Source: Octopus sinensis
Taxonomy: Eukaryota
NCBI RefSeq assembly: GCF_006345805.1
Contig: NW_021832531.1
Coordinates: forward strand, 434,001 to 498,000
Direction: 5' to 3'
DNA length: 64,000 nt
Of the stretch, positions 12,470 to 26,833 are shown piece after piece; within the stretch, counting starts at the first letter, position 1; the number at the start of each line of letters is the position of its first letter. A model generated the notes under the pieces. It ran no database searches and had not been told where the DNA came from. It saw nothing but the letters and a program-made list of their open reading frames with translations. A program made the position numbers and the translations under genes.

Positions 12470-13990
12470 TGTTAATCTGTAATATCGTACTTTTCACACA
12501 ATTTAGTCATATAGGAATTAGTAAATTCCTTTCCATTATCAGTATGTAAAATCCGTGGTGGTCCGACATAGTAAAACACGTTCTGAAATAAATCCGATAT
12601 TTCTTTAGCCGATTTTGTCTTGGCTAATTCCACAATTGCATACTTTGAAAAAGAGTCGACGATGACCAGAATCTAAAAGAGCTTGTATTTAAAATTATAA
12701 ATACCCAAGAAAATGAATCATTGATGTCACTATATCTTCGTAAATCTATTAAATCAGCTATATAACGATCTCTTGGTCTTTTATCAATTATTGGCGTAAT
12801 AGGAGGTTTAGTGGCCATCAACTTTAATGACTAGGAATTTGAAACATAAAAAATACCTGACAATAAACACATTTTTTTATAGCATCAGCAATCTCTCGAC
12901 GAGATATGGAATAATAAGATGTTCGCAATTTACTAAACAATCTATCTCGTCCGAAATGATTGTAGTTACGCTCCGCCTAAATTTTTTTAACTTTTTTGAA
13001 TACCTCTAAGGTTTTTTCCCTTAGTTCCACTTCGTCCTCACAAAAAAACGTTACCAAAGACCCTTGTGTAAAATATACACTTTATCTTCATTGAATATCA
13101 TTTTTTTGGCCAAATTTTTGTATAGAAATCTTTTCTTACGGTCGATATTCCCATCCGGCTCATCAATTGACTGGCCGTCGGTAATCTCCAATTTTAGTCA
13201 TGGTATAAATCTCGACGTATAAGCAATAGATTATAATTATTTTTTCATTTTTTATTAATTTAAGTTAATTTTAATGGGATTGTTTAAATTTAAATGGATT
13301 TGTCTATTGTTGATGCGGCTGCAGTCAAGTCTGATGAGCAAATAATGCAGGAATATAACCGGTTTTCGTCTCTAAACAGGCTCTTCGGCGATAATATAGA
13401 AGAGTGTGTAATTTGGTGCGCAGAGAGGCGGTTGATCTCTAACACAATGAAATGCGTTCGCTGTAAAGTAAAACCTATATTCTCAAAAATAGAGACGCTG
13501 TCGTTTATCTAAGTCAAAAAGAAACGTGGACAACGCAATTTGGTTATGCATTCCATGCAATACTTCTCGAAGTATAAGAACGAACAGCTGGTTTTCCAGT
13601 AAGTGATCCTTAAACTAATTTTAGGAAGTCATTTACCGTTAGCGAAAATTTTGATGCTTACGTATATGTGGGCATTAAATTATTTTAGGAACATCGCGAG
13701 CGTTATTTGAATCTTATTTGGACGAATTCACGTGGCGGACCTCGGTAGTTGATAAAGAGAAGATATTCCAAGAATTTCTGCTCCTAATAGTTAGCAATAG
13801 ACAATCCCATTAAAATTAACTTAAATTAATAAAAAATGAAAAAATAATTAAAATCTATTGCTTATACGTCGAGATTTATACCATGACTAAAATTGGAGAT
13901 TACCCTGGCCGTCTTGAATTTCTTTGATTATTTTTAGATCCGAAGCTTTCAGTTTGCACGCTTAAAAAAAATAATTAAAAATATTAACTA
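12470..13990 (-). mobile_element. Ginger/GIN-like DDE integrase remnant, interrupted by a Merlin element
   Basis: NHFGRDRLF...CVYCQ zinc motif, RYIADLIDL and PPRILHTDNGKEFTN. 26-nt intron at 12831-12856. Termini not resolved. Confidence 0.75.
13180..13904 (+). mobile_element. Internally deleted Merlin (IS1595-like) transposon
   Basis: About 104-bp TIRs starting GGTAATCTCC with one mismatch. 9-bp TSD ctggccgtc at 13171-13179 and 13905-13913. N-terminal transposase piece (LISNTMKCVRC, SWFS|RSHLPLAKIL). Confidence 0.9.
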
Positions 13991-14891
13991 TTAATATTTT
14001 AATTAATTAAAAAATGCATTTTCAATCAATTATTTATAGAATTTGCTATTTATTTTGCTTTTTATGCTCTAGTGTCCATTCAACGGCGTGTCCATTCTAT
14101 GGACGGTGACATTGATTATTTCCATTGCTCGCCAAATTCTATTGCTCGCCATTTTTTCTTCGGTCCCGAAAATGGCGAGCACCAGAGGTTTTACTGTATT
14201 TTTAGATCTCCGATCACTTTATTCAAAAATTACAATTTTTTACTTTAGCAAAATTCACGCCAATTCATAATTTTTAATTGGCAGAATATTATTTAATGCT
14301 ACTTTATCATGACTAAGCTAATAAATTTATTTCTTCAATTACAAATAACCGCAATTGACTAATTTTTTTGTAGTTACAAAAAAAATTGACTAATTATTTT
14401 TTAATAGATTTAATTTCACTCTTTATTTAAAATATAGCTGACATAGATAAAACACCAGTTTTTAGGTGAAATAAAGCTTCTAAAAATTTCACGAGTCAAT
14501 ACCAACATCTGCATGTTTTCTTTGACAAGGTAAATATATTTATTGATGTGAATTCCACCTTAATTAATAACTGATTAAAATGAAGAATCTAGCGTTTTAT
14601 TTTAGGATGGATTTCAATTCAGAATTTAGCTTTCATTTTAATTTAGAATTTAGTATTTTAAAAAAATCCATCATAAAATATTTACTTCGAAGGCTAAGAC
14701 TTAGTTAGCTAGTTACTTTTTAATTTAAATTTTATTAAGAAAAGATTTGAAATTCAAACTGTTTCTGATTTTAAAGCGGAATTTTTTTAATCCTTATTTT
14801 TTTACTAATCACTTTGAAATTAAATTTAATGTCCAACCCATAATCTTTAATATAAAATACAAAAATTCTTAATATTTTTGAAGAAATTTTA

Positions 14892-16091
<1,200 letters not shown>

Positions 16092-17104
16092 TATTTCTAA
16101 CAATTCTTTTCTTTTGGTTTTTGATTACTAAAATATACTCTTATTCAATTTTCATAGCACATCCATCTTAAAGTTCATTTGGACCTCTTCCCGCCATGCC
16201 AGTTTCACAAGTTGGTCAATAGCAGAGGCGTACTCTTTAAAGAATGCTCATCCAGTGTTTGATCATTATGCGTTTTAGAGGCCTTTTTGGCACAACTGAT
16301 TGTATCTATGTTGATTCCACAATTAATAATTTATCCATATTTTAGCCAAGAATTTAAAACAGCATAAACTTATCAAAAAAACAACAAAGTTTTTATATAA
16401 ACATGATGGATTCAATTTGGAAATATTAATTAAAATCCGTCACCAATGAAACCCTTATTATTGTCAGATATTCAACTTAATAAAAACTGGGAATTGTGGG
16501 TTAATAGAGTCGGAAATTTACTGTTTGTTCTCATTTTCAAATGTCAACTAGCCACAAATCAAGATAATAAAAATACTAATGAAGGTTATGATAAATTTGA
16601 ACATTTAAAAGACAGATTTGTCATCAACTAATGATGTTAATCTTGAAAGTACGACTCATTTAATAACGTAGTCTAATTTTGTTTACATCCAATAGTTCTC
16701 GAAATTTAAGTCTAGGCCTGAAGTTAGTAATAGTTATAATAATTTTTTAGCTATAGTAGAGTGAGGAAGAAGAATTCAACCATCTGAAGATACAAGTATT
16801 TTTAATAAAAAAAAGACGATTTTTCAATTTTTGAATTACGTCAAATAAGGATAAGTCCAATAAATATCAATAATGAATTTGTCAGTTTAAGAAATTAAAA
16901 ATAGCTTGACTTACTTGCTAAAAAATTTCCTTCCTTATTATTTCCGATTGATAATTTTTGCACTAGAACTAATAATGTTAGAGCTTATGTTATTTTAACC
17001 ATTTATTCAATAAAAATTATTATTAATTTAATATAATTTAAATTGAACTTACAAATAAATAAAGCGTGCTTTAATTCTCGTGACAAATCTTTAACTACTT
17101 AGCA

Positions 17105-20064
17105 ATGACAGGTAAAAAAAGGAAAAGTACAAAATTATTAATCACATGTTCCCAATGCGGCGCACAGACTTTCGACGAAGAAAGACATAACGCATCTTTT
17201 GGGGAAAATTCTAACCACGAAATAATTTCTTCAACTTTCTCTGTTCCATTTATCCTCAATCAACGCCTTTACACGTCTCAGGTAGTCATTCTTCCTATTG
17301 GTAAAAAATTTGACTGATTTTTTTAGAAAAAATGCGAACTTTTAGTGCCTTTTTTACTGATTTTATTCTCTTAAATCCAGAAACCATGAGACAGTGTGGA
17401 CTAATTATTGGCTCACAGTGTCGTATTGTGACATATGAAGGAATGGAGGAAAGGATTGTTTTTGTCTTTGCTGATGTGGATCTTATTTCTCCTTTGGTTG
17501 TTGGCTGTCCTCCTGGTTGTGGATATTCCGGGCCCCTTATGGTGTCTTGTATTGATCAATCGACATTGACATCCACCCATCTCAGACTGACACCAGAAAT
17601 GTATTTTATTATTATTTATTTTAAAGAAATAATAAAATTGACGATGACATTATTTCGCATGTTAAATATAGATTGGGTATCCTCATTTTGTAATACATTT
17701 AGCGGGAACTTACATACTTTCCGGAGTATCAAAGTCTTTTTGGTATTTTGGAAATAATATTAAAATGTTAATATCTGACATGACCAAAACAAAATCTAAT
17801 TTGCCAGATGACGACACTGCTAGTACTATCATGCCAAACTCAGAAATATCAACTGAAGTCACTTCTGAATTTTTTTCGGCAGTTTCTGAATTGGAGTCTT
17901 CATTGGTCGACGATACTCTTCATTTATCGAACAATACTTCTCATCTATCGAACAATTTGGAATGCTTTGAATCGCAACTTGCAGGATTATTTCCAATGGT
18001 GAACAAAATTGTGTTTATTGACGACAACACAATTTTCAATTTTGAAGTTGAAGACGAAGAAGAAGACCATTTGGAGACTAATTTGGACAGTATTGGAGGA
18101 ATGGAAGACTCGGTTGATAAAATCATAAAGATTTTGCAGTATTTTTATTCTGATGCTCCAAGTTTTTGTCGAATAGTTTTGATGTTAAGGTTATGGAAAA
18201 AATGGCGGAATGCTAATATTTGGTCCTCCTGGATGTGGGAAAACGAGTTTAGTATTGTCAGTTGCCGGTCATTTGCACATAAAAGTTTTCATACTACAAG
18301 GGATGCACATATATAAGTAAGTTTCTTTAATTTGTATATATGTAATCATAAAAATGATTTTTAATTATTTCTAGTCGGAACAAATTTGAAGATGAGATGA
18401 ATAATGTCTTTACTAAGGCTTCTTCTGCCAAAATGTCGCTAATTTTGGTCGAAGATGTTGAATATTTAGCGAATAAAAAGTCTGAAACCGATTTTCAAAA
18501 ATTGTTGAAATTGGGATTTTTGTCGCGATTTGAGAATATTTTGAAATTTGTTGTTTTTTAACTCATAAAAATGTTAGAAAAAAATTTTTGTGGTTTGTAC
18601 GACTAATCAAGTGGATTTGGTGGACTTGTTTTTGAGAAGAAAGTTGGAGTGCGAATTGGAAATCCCTACTCCTAATTCTAAAGAAAGATATAAAGTTTTT
18701 AGTCCATTTTTGTTATTTTTAAGATTTTTGATAAATGTTTATCCTATCTACCCTCGCCCTGCATATACGGTAAAGAACAGGTGGAAGCAGTGGCTGATAT
18801 CACCTGTGGTTATGTCGCGGGAGATATTTTGGCTGTTTGTCGTCGAGGTATTTTATTTTTTTAAATTTTAAGCCTTCAGGGATTCTGTTATTTCATTGGA
18901 CGGCTACCATCAATTGGATTTGCTGGAAGCTGTAAAGTCAGTGAAACCAAGTTCGATGAAAGAATTGGCTTTGGACGTTCCGAAAGTATAATTATAGTAC
19001 TACTGTCCTAGATCAAGTGGAGTGATATTGGTGGGTTGGATAAAATTAAAAATGGAGTAAGACAGTTGGTTGAATGGCCAATTCTTCATCCGGAGGTTTT
19101 CTCCAGACTGGGGATTAAACCTCCGAGGGGGATTCTGATGTATGGTCCTCCTGGATGTTCAAAGACGATGATAGCCCAGGCTATAGCAACGGAATCTCAT
19201 TTTAATTTTATAAGCGTTAAAGTAATATATAATGAAGGATAATAATGACAGGGATCGGAATTATTGAGCAAATATGTTGGAGACTCGGAAAAGATGGTCC
19301 GTCAGTTGTTTGCAAAAGCCCGTGCTGTATCTCCTACAGTCGTGTTTTTTGACGAGATTGATGCACTTGTTCCCACTCGAGGAAGTCATTCTGTGACTGA
19401 TCGTGTGCTGGCTCAGTTGTTGACTGAGTTAGATGGAGTTGTTGCCTTAAATCAAGTCGTATTTGTTTCAGCTACCAACAGACCTGATATGATAGACAAT
19501 GTTATGAGTTTTTGAATAATTGTAGGCTTTATTGAGACCAGGGAGAGTTGATAGATTGATTTATGTCCCTTTGCCTGATGAGGCGAGCCGAAGGAGGATT
19601 TTTGACCTACAATTAAGATCAAAGCCATTGGGAAGGGATGTTCTGTTGGGGGATTTGGCTCGATTTACAGAAGGTTATTCTGGTGCAGAGGTATTTTGTG
19701 GGTTTCTAATTTAGGTTGTGGCGGTGTGCCAAGAGGCTGCCATGGAAGCACTAAGTGAGAACATAAATGCCAAATTTACTGAAGAAAGACATTTTTTATC
19801 CGCTTTGAACAAAATAAAACCCCGAACTGATGAAAAGATGCTGGAAATTTATCGAAAGTTTTCTGGTTTGGTTAATTTGTACCTAAAATAGAATCTAACG
19901 TCGGTTCTGAGATTTGCTTAGAAAATGATTCGGAAAATAAGGAATCTGGTCCGGTTGTAATGGATAATTCAACCAGCTCTTTTTCTGGAACAAAATATAT
20001 ACTGACAACTATTTTGGGCATCGGGATAACTGCAACCATATTAATATTTTTTAAATTGAGATAA
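17105..20064 (+). CDS. AFG2A: AFG2/SPATA5-type double AAA+ ATPase; stop at 19891 if the last intron is retained, at 20064 if spliced
   Basis: D1 GPPGCGKT with degenerate Walker B (LVEDVE). D2 [34 protein letters not shown] and [15 protein letters not shown]. Confidence 0.85.
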
Positions 20065-20546
20065 CTCTTCTACTTAAATAATTTTATATTTTTAATCAGT
20101 TTTCTATGTGCCTAATAATACGCGTTTTTAATGTAAAAAAATTTCCTCTTATTGCGCGAGTCAATTAAATGTGAGAGATTGATTAATATAATCATTTCTC
20201 CTAATGACTGTTTTTGTTTTTTCGAAAAAGATGTGTTTTTACAACTTATCATTCTTTTGGATTTACCTTGGTTAATATTCCACAACTTTTAAGCATTAAA
20301 ATTTTTCCAAAATTTTGTAAATAAATTGATTATTGAGGGACTCAAAACTGGAAGTAACACATAAATTGGGAGTCCACAAAAACTCAACCAACTCAGACTT
20401 TTTGGAGAACGGAAAGGGAAAAATTAATGAAAATCAAAAAAACCACAAAAAATTCCTCGACAGCCCTTTTGTCAATATGGGTCACCTTCTTGTGATGGCA
20501 AACAATAAGTTTTCGTCGGATTAACTACTAAGCAGGCTCGGAACCG

Positions 20547-20960
20547 TTGCTCCCAAGAACATTTCTTTTACACGCCGAAGTCGCCTTTTTTTCTGGAGAC
20601 ATTGAACAAAATCATGGACTCACTAGGAAGAACCCACTGTGTATCCTACAAGTAAACATAAATGGGATTGCTTACAAGACTGTTGAACTTTGTTTTTTAA
20701 TAAAAAAGTATGATGTGGACATTTCTTTGGTACAAGAAACGAAGCTCTCATTTAAAAACTGTTTACCCGTTTTCCCTGGTTACTCATACATCCTGCAAGA
20801 CAGACCGGACTTTGTAAATGGCGGCGATCTTTTAACTCTTATTAGAAAACTAATCCTTTCCATTGACTCTACTTCACAAGTCTATTCGCTAATCAATAAT
20901 GACCCAGTGATTGAGCTGACAGTTATAACGGTCTCTACAATGTGTCTTGTAAATATTTAA
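20547..20960 (+). mobile_element. LINE APE endonuclease fragment
   Basis: LQVNINGI...LVQETKL...QDRPD...GG. No RT downstream. Confidence 0.8.
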
Positions 20961-20999
20961 CGTTCTGGACAGCTTTAATAACGCATTTTTTCATTTGCA

Positions 21000-21760
21000 T
21001 TCTTAATGTTTTTCTGAAATTATAATAATCTTTCAAAGCTCCTGGAAATAGATTGAAAATGTTACCTTTCAGGTGTATTCATTGCTGTTAAGGTTTCCAA
21101 ATGAGAATAGGTACATTTTGCTCCGTCTTACATATTCTCGTCAGCATTATCTTTTCATTTTCAGTAATTATATCTTAAATTATGTTATTTAAACTCTACA
21201 ATTCTTTATTCGCGAATGAGAGAGTTTGAAAACGACATTCATCAAATTCCTTCAACAATTAGTAAATAATTCAGAGTGTATCTATTTCCATGTTTTCCAA
21301 ATAATAATGATTATTTGTCTGAAATTTACTTTCTTCAAATTCAACATTGTGAACTTATCATCTTCGAAAGGATAAAATCTATCAAATTATTTCAATAATT
21401 GGATTTGAACGATTTAATAACTCTCATATCTATGAGTTGAATTAATGACCTTGCATTTTGGCAGAAAAATAGCTCAATGTTGAAAAAATGATTATTCTTG
21501 TGACAAAGGTTTTCCACTAAAAAGTTCAGGTAATTTCCAATTCATTGATTTAATGAAGCTAGCATCGTGTATTGAAAACACCATTTTTGACAACGGATTA
21601 TGTCATTTACAATCTTTTAGAATCGATTTTTTAAAGATATCATTACTTGTTTTTCTCAAATATTTTTTGCTAAACACTGATGAACATATCTATTTGCCAG
21701 GTATTGAAAAAATTCAGTATTTTGTTCTTTTTTTATCAAAATATTGTATATACTACTTTT
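21000..21760 (-). mobile_element. Highly decayed pogo-type transposase remnant
   Basis: Minus-strand NIELFFCQNARSLIQLIDMRVIKSFKS resembles the DDE_1 motif NIxLxFLPxNTTSxLQPLDxGII. Confidence 0.55.
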
Positions 21761-21769
21761 CATTATGAT

Positions 21770-22105
21770 TGAACGAATGTGTAACTAATTATCGGCAGAG
21801 GACAAGATGGAATGGCAATTCCCACGCAAGATGGCTATTGATATGCGTTGGAAAAGCCATGTCCGTTCTCGATGATCGTTTTTCCTTCTGCTTGCCAGAT
21901 TCCCCAATTTAATGAGAAATTTTTTAGTCCTGGGACCGAGGACACCCGACGTCTCCACTGCGACCGGGGCGAAGATATAACGGTGCGATAAGGCGCCGTA
22001 TTTTTTGATCTGCAGCGTTTCTGCCAGGTTAGCTGCGGAGCCCAGCTCTGAAGCTGACGTCAAGATGTTCCCGGCGGAGAAGGTATCCGTACAAGTTGCG
22101 GAGAG
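21770..22105 (-). mobile_element. CRE-like retrotransposon 3' fragment (second family)
   Basis: ATCTDTF...KKYGALSHRYIFAPVAVETSGVLG...WLFQRISIAILRGN. Confidence 0.85.
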
Positions 22106-22548
22106 GGTATCGTTTTGTTCTTTTTATGTCAAAATTTCTAATCTTTTATTAAACTCTCTCTATATGAAATTTATAAAAATCACGTGATTGTATTTAATGG
22201 GTTTCTCGATCTATTTGAAATCTGTCGTAACAATTCTGATTTTGATTCCAATATTTGCGATTTTGGTTGCGACAAATTTGAAATAAATCGAATAACCCTA
22301 TATAAAATGGCATATGCTGTAGTTATTATTAATAGCACGTTTACAGAACTGAAAAATGTAAATTAAATAAGTTCCTGTTTGTGGAAGCTACATAATTTTT
22401 CAAGAGAAAGAGAGAGAGCAAGAAAAATAATTTTTTAATTAATTCCGATTTAGGATGTCCCTTAGTTTCTCTTGCCTTATAAACGCAACCTGAATGTATT
22501 GTTGTAGGGCTGATTAAACGCAAGAGTAACATGTATACTATAAAATAA

Positions 22549-22942
22549 TATGTCACATGCACAACGCGCCCTACGCCCTGAGCGCACATTATTGATTCGC
22601 TAATAAATACACCGATTCAAAAGGCTTTAAAATAGTAAAATTATTTACAATAACCCTGACCCTAATCAACCTGGGCTCGTATTCAACCGGTCATATTTCT
22701 TATATAACTTCTTTTGTTTTGGAAAACCAAACGTGAACAATCCATAGTATATAGCGTGCGTAATATTTAAATAAAATTTAATGAAAAAAAGATATTAACA
22801 AATTAATAAATATATCATAATATTTTTAAAGTGCCATTTGTGTCATTATATTCAATAATTTCGAAAAAATTTATAAAAATTACAATTTGACGAATCGATA
22901 ATGTGCGCTCGGGGCGTAGTGCGCGTTGTGCATGCGACATAA
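22549..22942. repeat. About 50-bp imperfect inverted repeat, MITE-like
   Basis: tatgtcacatgcacaacgcgccctacgccctgagcgcacattattgattcg (22549-22599) is the reverse complement of about 22891-22942 with a few mismatches. No TSD found. Confidence 0.65.
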
Positions 22943-23469
22943 TAATAGAATAGCATAGAAATATTAAATTAGCCCAAACAAGGATCTTTTTCAGTACACA
23001 ATGGATGCATATAAACTGTACTTTTCCACGACTGCTGATATAAGTTCCACAAGAATAAAAGACCATTGTCTCCATCAGAATGATCAGATTATATTTGAAC
23101 ACCTCTACTCGCAAAATCACCTGATTATACATTTTGATTATTTTTAACATAAGAAGGTATTTACAATACCTTTTATTCTAAATTTTATACATCGGAATAA
23201 ACACAGCTAATAGTTTATAAGCAAAAAATAAGTCTGGAGTTGTTTTTCTGAAGTTACCAATGAATAATCCAGCGCATTTAATGGGAAGATTTCCCAAATT
23301 CATTATTATACAAAAACTATTTATTGGCTAAATACGTTCTATCACACCTCCTATGCTAAGGTAGGGTATCTTTTGTAAATCTAATGCAATGGCGCCACGA
23401 TCAAATACTGAAATATAAATTTTTCATCCATCCAACCACACAAGAATCAATTTTTAAAAGGTTAGATTA

Positions 23470-23860
23470 GTTTATTCAAATAAGCCGCGTCAAACCCTTA
23501 CAGATCTCATAAGCCAATTTGCTCCATCCCTACCGATCATTTGCAATTTTGAGAAGCCAGAATAATATATGCCGAGATCATCAGATCGAAAAAGCAACTG
23601 TCAATCCAGTGAAGCTCCTCTGCTCCAAGCAAGTCAATATCAAGCCTTCTTATTTTCCTTTTTAAGACTTTTAATTTCTCTTTTCTTAAGCTTTTTTCGT
23701 TCCACGATGCAAACTTTGGGATTCTTTGTGATGAAGACTCGAGATTTGATGTTTGAGAGTTTTTTGTAACCGATTAAGTCGTAGGAGAGTTTGGTTAGAG
23801 ATTTTCTAGGCATTCAGATACGGGGTAGGTTGCCAGGTCTTTCCCCATGCACAATTTTTT
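23470..23860 (-). mobile_element. Decayed RTE/BovB-like LINE 3' end
   Basis: Minus-strand VHGERPGNLPRI resembles GKRPRGRPR; terminal (W)SKLAYEICKGLTRL-like motif. Confidence 0.4.
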
Positions 23861-23865
23861 TTCGT

Positions 23866-23960
23866 CTGTCGATTGCTGTGATCCGAGGGAACGGCTTCGC
23901 CATTCGCGAGGCTGGTCGGGTGTCTCGTGAGGCCTTTAATTAACTTAGCTATCTTTAATT
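23866..23960 (+). mobile_element. About 95-bp 3' terminal copy of the CRE element at 8576-9745
   Basis: Near-identical to 9633-9726. Confidence 0.9.
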
Positions 23961-24589
23961 TCTTTCTTGCTTTCATAACAAAGATTTAATTTTTATACTG
24001 AAATAATTTTCAGAAACTGTAATAATACCAAATACCAAACGTGCACAATTTTTTTAGAAACCTAAAAAAATTAATTTTATCTGCGCATGTTGTTTTTCTA
24101 GCAAGCGACTTTACAAATTTAATGGATTTAGGTTCAACTCCCAGTCGAGGTAATTTACAATAATGTCATCAGGAAGATTTTATTTGCTCGCAAACAATTT
24201 ATGACCAATTCACTATCTTAAAATCCACGTCGTTAATTATGTGATGACGGGTACCAAGTATTTCAAGTTACTTTCGGAGTAGATAAGTGTCTACAGAGAA
24301 TTGGGTTATCAGGTACATTTGTAGTGCTGCCCAATTTGGTAAGTCTTATTTAAATTAGATAATTAATTAGTTCATTTATACCTTAACTCTAACAACATCA
24401 AAGTTCAAGTCAATTTTGTAGTGTAAAATAAAAACAACTATACAAAAAAATTAATAAAAGACACTTACTCCTGATTTACATGGTTTGTCTCATACAATTA
24501 GACGACTTAACTAATTAAACCCATACTTCTCTACAACTCGAAGATATAGGGTTGTAAAAGATACTATCCTCGCACAGTCAATCCAGAAT

Positions 24590-24810
24590 GGTACTAAAAG
24601 GAACCTGCCAATCTCAGGGGAAATCCCGGGGGCAAAATAGAGGCTGTTTGGTCACATCCTCAGGATGGACATGGATGCCCCCACAAACTCGATATAGATT
24701 ACAATTACACCAACACCTTTATTGGGCTGCACTTCACCTACTGCTCCTTTGTCTTACTGACTTGGCCAAGAAAGTGCAGCGCATCCTTCCGACTAAATGT
24801 TAGGAATCGA
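24590..24810 (+). mobile_element. RTE-like LINE 3' fragment
   Basis: RLFGHILRMD motif shared with the element at 25012-26455. Confidence 0.6.
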
Positions 24811-25011
24811 CTGAGAGCATTTCTAGATTACTTTCAAGTACAGTTGGACAAATCCATCCAAGCAATGTTTAATGTTAAATGTTAGATGGAGGGTGTTTGG
24901 TCTTTATTTCATGTTAAGAATAAATTTGAGACATATTTGAAATATTGTCCCATTATAAATTTATAAAATAAGCATGTTCAGTTTTTATTTTTGTTCACTA
25001 TTTCATATCTA

Positions 25012-26455
25012 TATATGTGATTAAGACTTTGTGCAATAGAGTTGCGTCACTAACTCAACCGAAATACCATACCGCCTATTGGGAAAGGAACGCTAATTCC
25101 TCTCCAAAAACCCAACAAGCCGCAAGGTCCTCTTAACAACATTCGCCCAATCATACTCTTGAACACAATAAGGAAAATCTTCTCACTCGTAACACTGGAA
25201 CGTATTAAGGACCCTGTTAATGAATATCTGTCGGCTAGCCAAAGTGGATTCAGGCCTGGGCGATCAACTGCAGATGTAGTATGGGGACATAGATGGATCT
25301 GTGCCATATCTCAGAAATTTAAAATGGCGACCACAATATTGGGCATTGATATGAGCAGGGCATTTGATACAATCCGCAGAGACAAGCTAATGGAGATCCT
25401 CAAAACCATTCTTGACAATGACTCGATCAGAATGGTTCGAGCACTACTTATAGACACCGAGTTAACGGTGAAGATCGGACCCGTAGAATCAAGATCTTTC
25501 AAAACAAGCATTGGAACGCCCCAAGGTGATTCAATATCACCTGTACTATTCATTGTCTATCTTGAAGCGGCACTAAGAGATCTGAGAAAACTAGTGAAGA
25601 CTACTTCAATAACTGAAGTGATATATGCCGACGATGTAGACTTTTTGTCTCATGATAAGTCGACACTCGAAGAACTGCTGAACATTGCTCCTCATGCACT
25701 GGAAAAATGGTTCTTAAAAGTGAACATAGAAAAAACCGAATATGTAACAATCAACCGGGAGGCAAATAGAACAGACGAAAAATGGCGAAACTCAAAAAAG
25801 TTGGAACTCTTTTAGGAGATAGTGAAGACATTATGAGGAGAAAGATGCTATCGACTGTTGCACTTAACAAACTGCGGACCACTTGGCTACGAAACCGCGA
25901 GGTTGGAACGGCCTTACGTGCCAAATTATACAATGCTTTTATTAAACCCATACTTTTGTACAACGGAGGAACATGGGGAATATCTGAGTCTGAATCAAAA
26001 TCTCTTGATGCATTCCATAGAAGACAGTTAAGAATTCTTATTGGCATCAACTGGCCAAAGAAAATCAAGAACTCCACCCTATACAATATCTGCAACAGCA
26101 GACCCGTCAGTGTGGACATTACCGAAGCACGTTGGCGCCTATTGGGCCACATTCTAAGACTCGACCGGGATGTTTATGCTAACTGGGCAATGGAATCATA
26201 TTACGCAAAGGACGAAAGATCTGCGTCCCGAGGACGCCCACGAAATACATTACCTATTGTAATCTCAAAAGAACTACAACGCGTTAAAAGACAACTGAAA
26301 AATGGAGACGACCTAGATACTCTCAGGAGTATAGCATACAACCGCACATCATGGAAAATTATGACCGAAAAGATAGTCTCATATGTGGCACATGTGGGAA
26401 CTTAATTAGTTTAAATTACATTATGTTCCTATGACAGTGCTAATAATAATAATAA
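25012..26455 (+). mobile_element. 5'-truncated RTE-superfamily LINE (the dominant family in the window)
   Basis: SGFRPGRST, DMSRAFDT, PQGDSISP, YADD and RWRLLGHILRL. (TAA)n tail. 13-bp TSD tatttcatatcta at 24999-25011 and 26456-26468. One frameshift near 25790. Confidence 0.93.
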
Positions 26456-26833
26456 TATTTCATATCTAAAAAGAACACCCATTAATGAACTATACCTCTG
26501 CACAAAATAGTTCTCATTCAACTGGAAATTAAACTCCAAAAACTTTTGAAGATAGTAAAAGCCTCAGAGTAGATCTTGTTTCAGTGAACTTTTGTAGATC
26601 ATGGATCCTACCGACATCAACAGACTAATAATCTCAAATGAATTAAACACTAGGCAGATATATCTTTCTCATTTTTCATAAAAATCATTTTTGTAGGTTT
26701 TTCTTTTACAAGGCCATTAAGTTTCATAGTTCCGTCGGACTGTTAAACTGGTGTCGGATTTTGTAACATTAAGACTATAAGTATCGAATAATCAATTGGT
26801 TAATAGATTAATCAAACTAATTAGTGATAAATG

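Larger units (their letters stand above)
5729..14196 (+). mobile_element. pogo/Tigger DNA transposon (decayed) hosting at least five nested insertions
   Basis: Perfect 24-bp TIR CAGTAAAACCTCTGGTGCTCGCCA at 5729-5752 and 14173-14196, TA on both sides. DDE_1 pieces YNADETG (about 5990), AWMTSKIF and LQPMDQ (8226-8405), acidic tail (9760-10060). Confidence 0.9.

Noticed and set aside
16150-16640. Gag-like or host ORF between cathepsin L and AFG2A
   Set aside because: Only a weak W-x-x-W pattern in short broken frames, so it cannot be assigned.
24100-24360. Possible host exon fragment
   Set aside because: No recognisable homology or consistent splice model.
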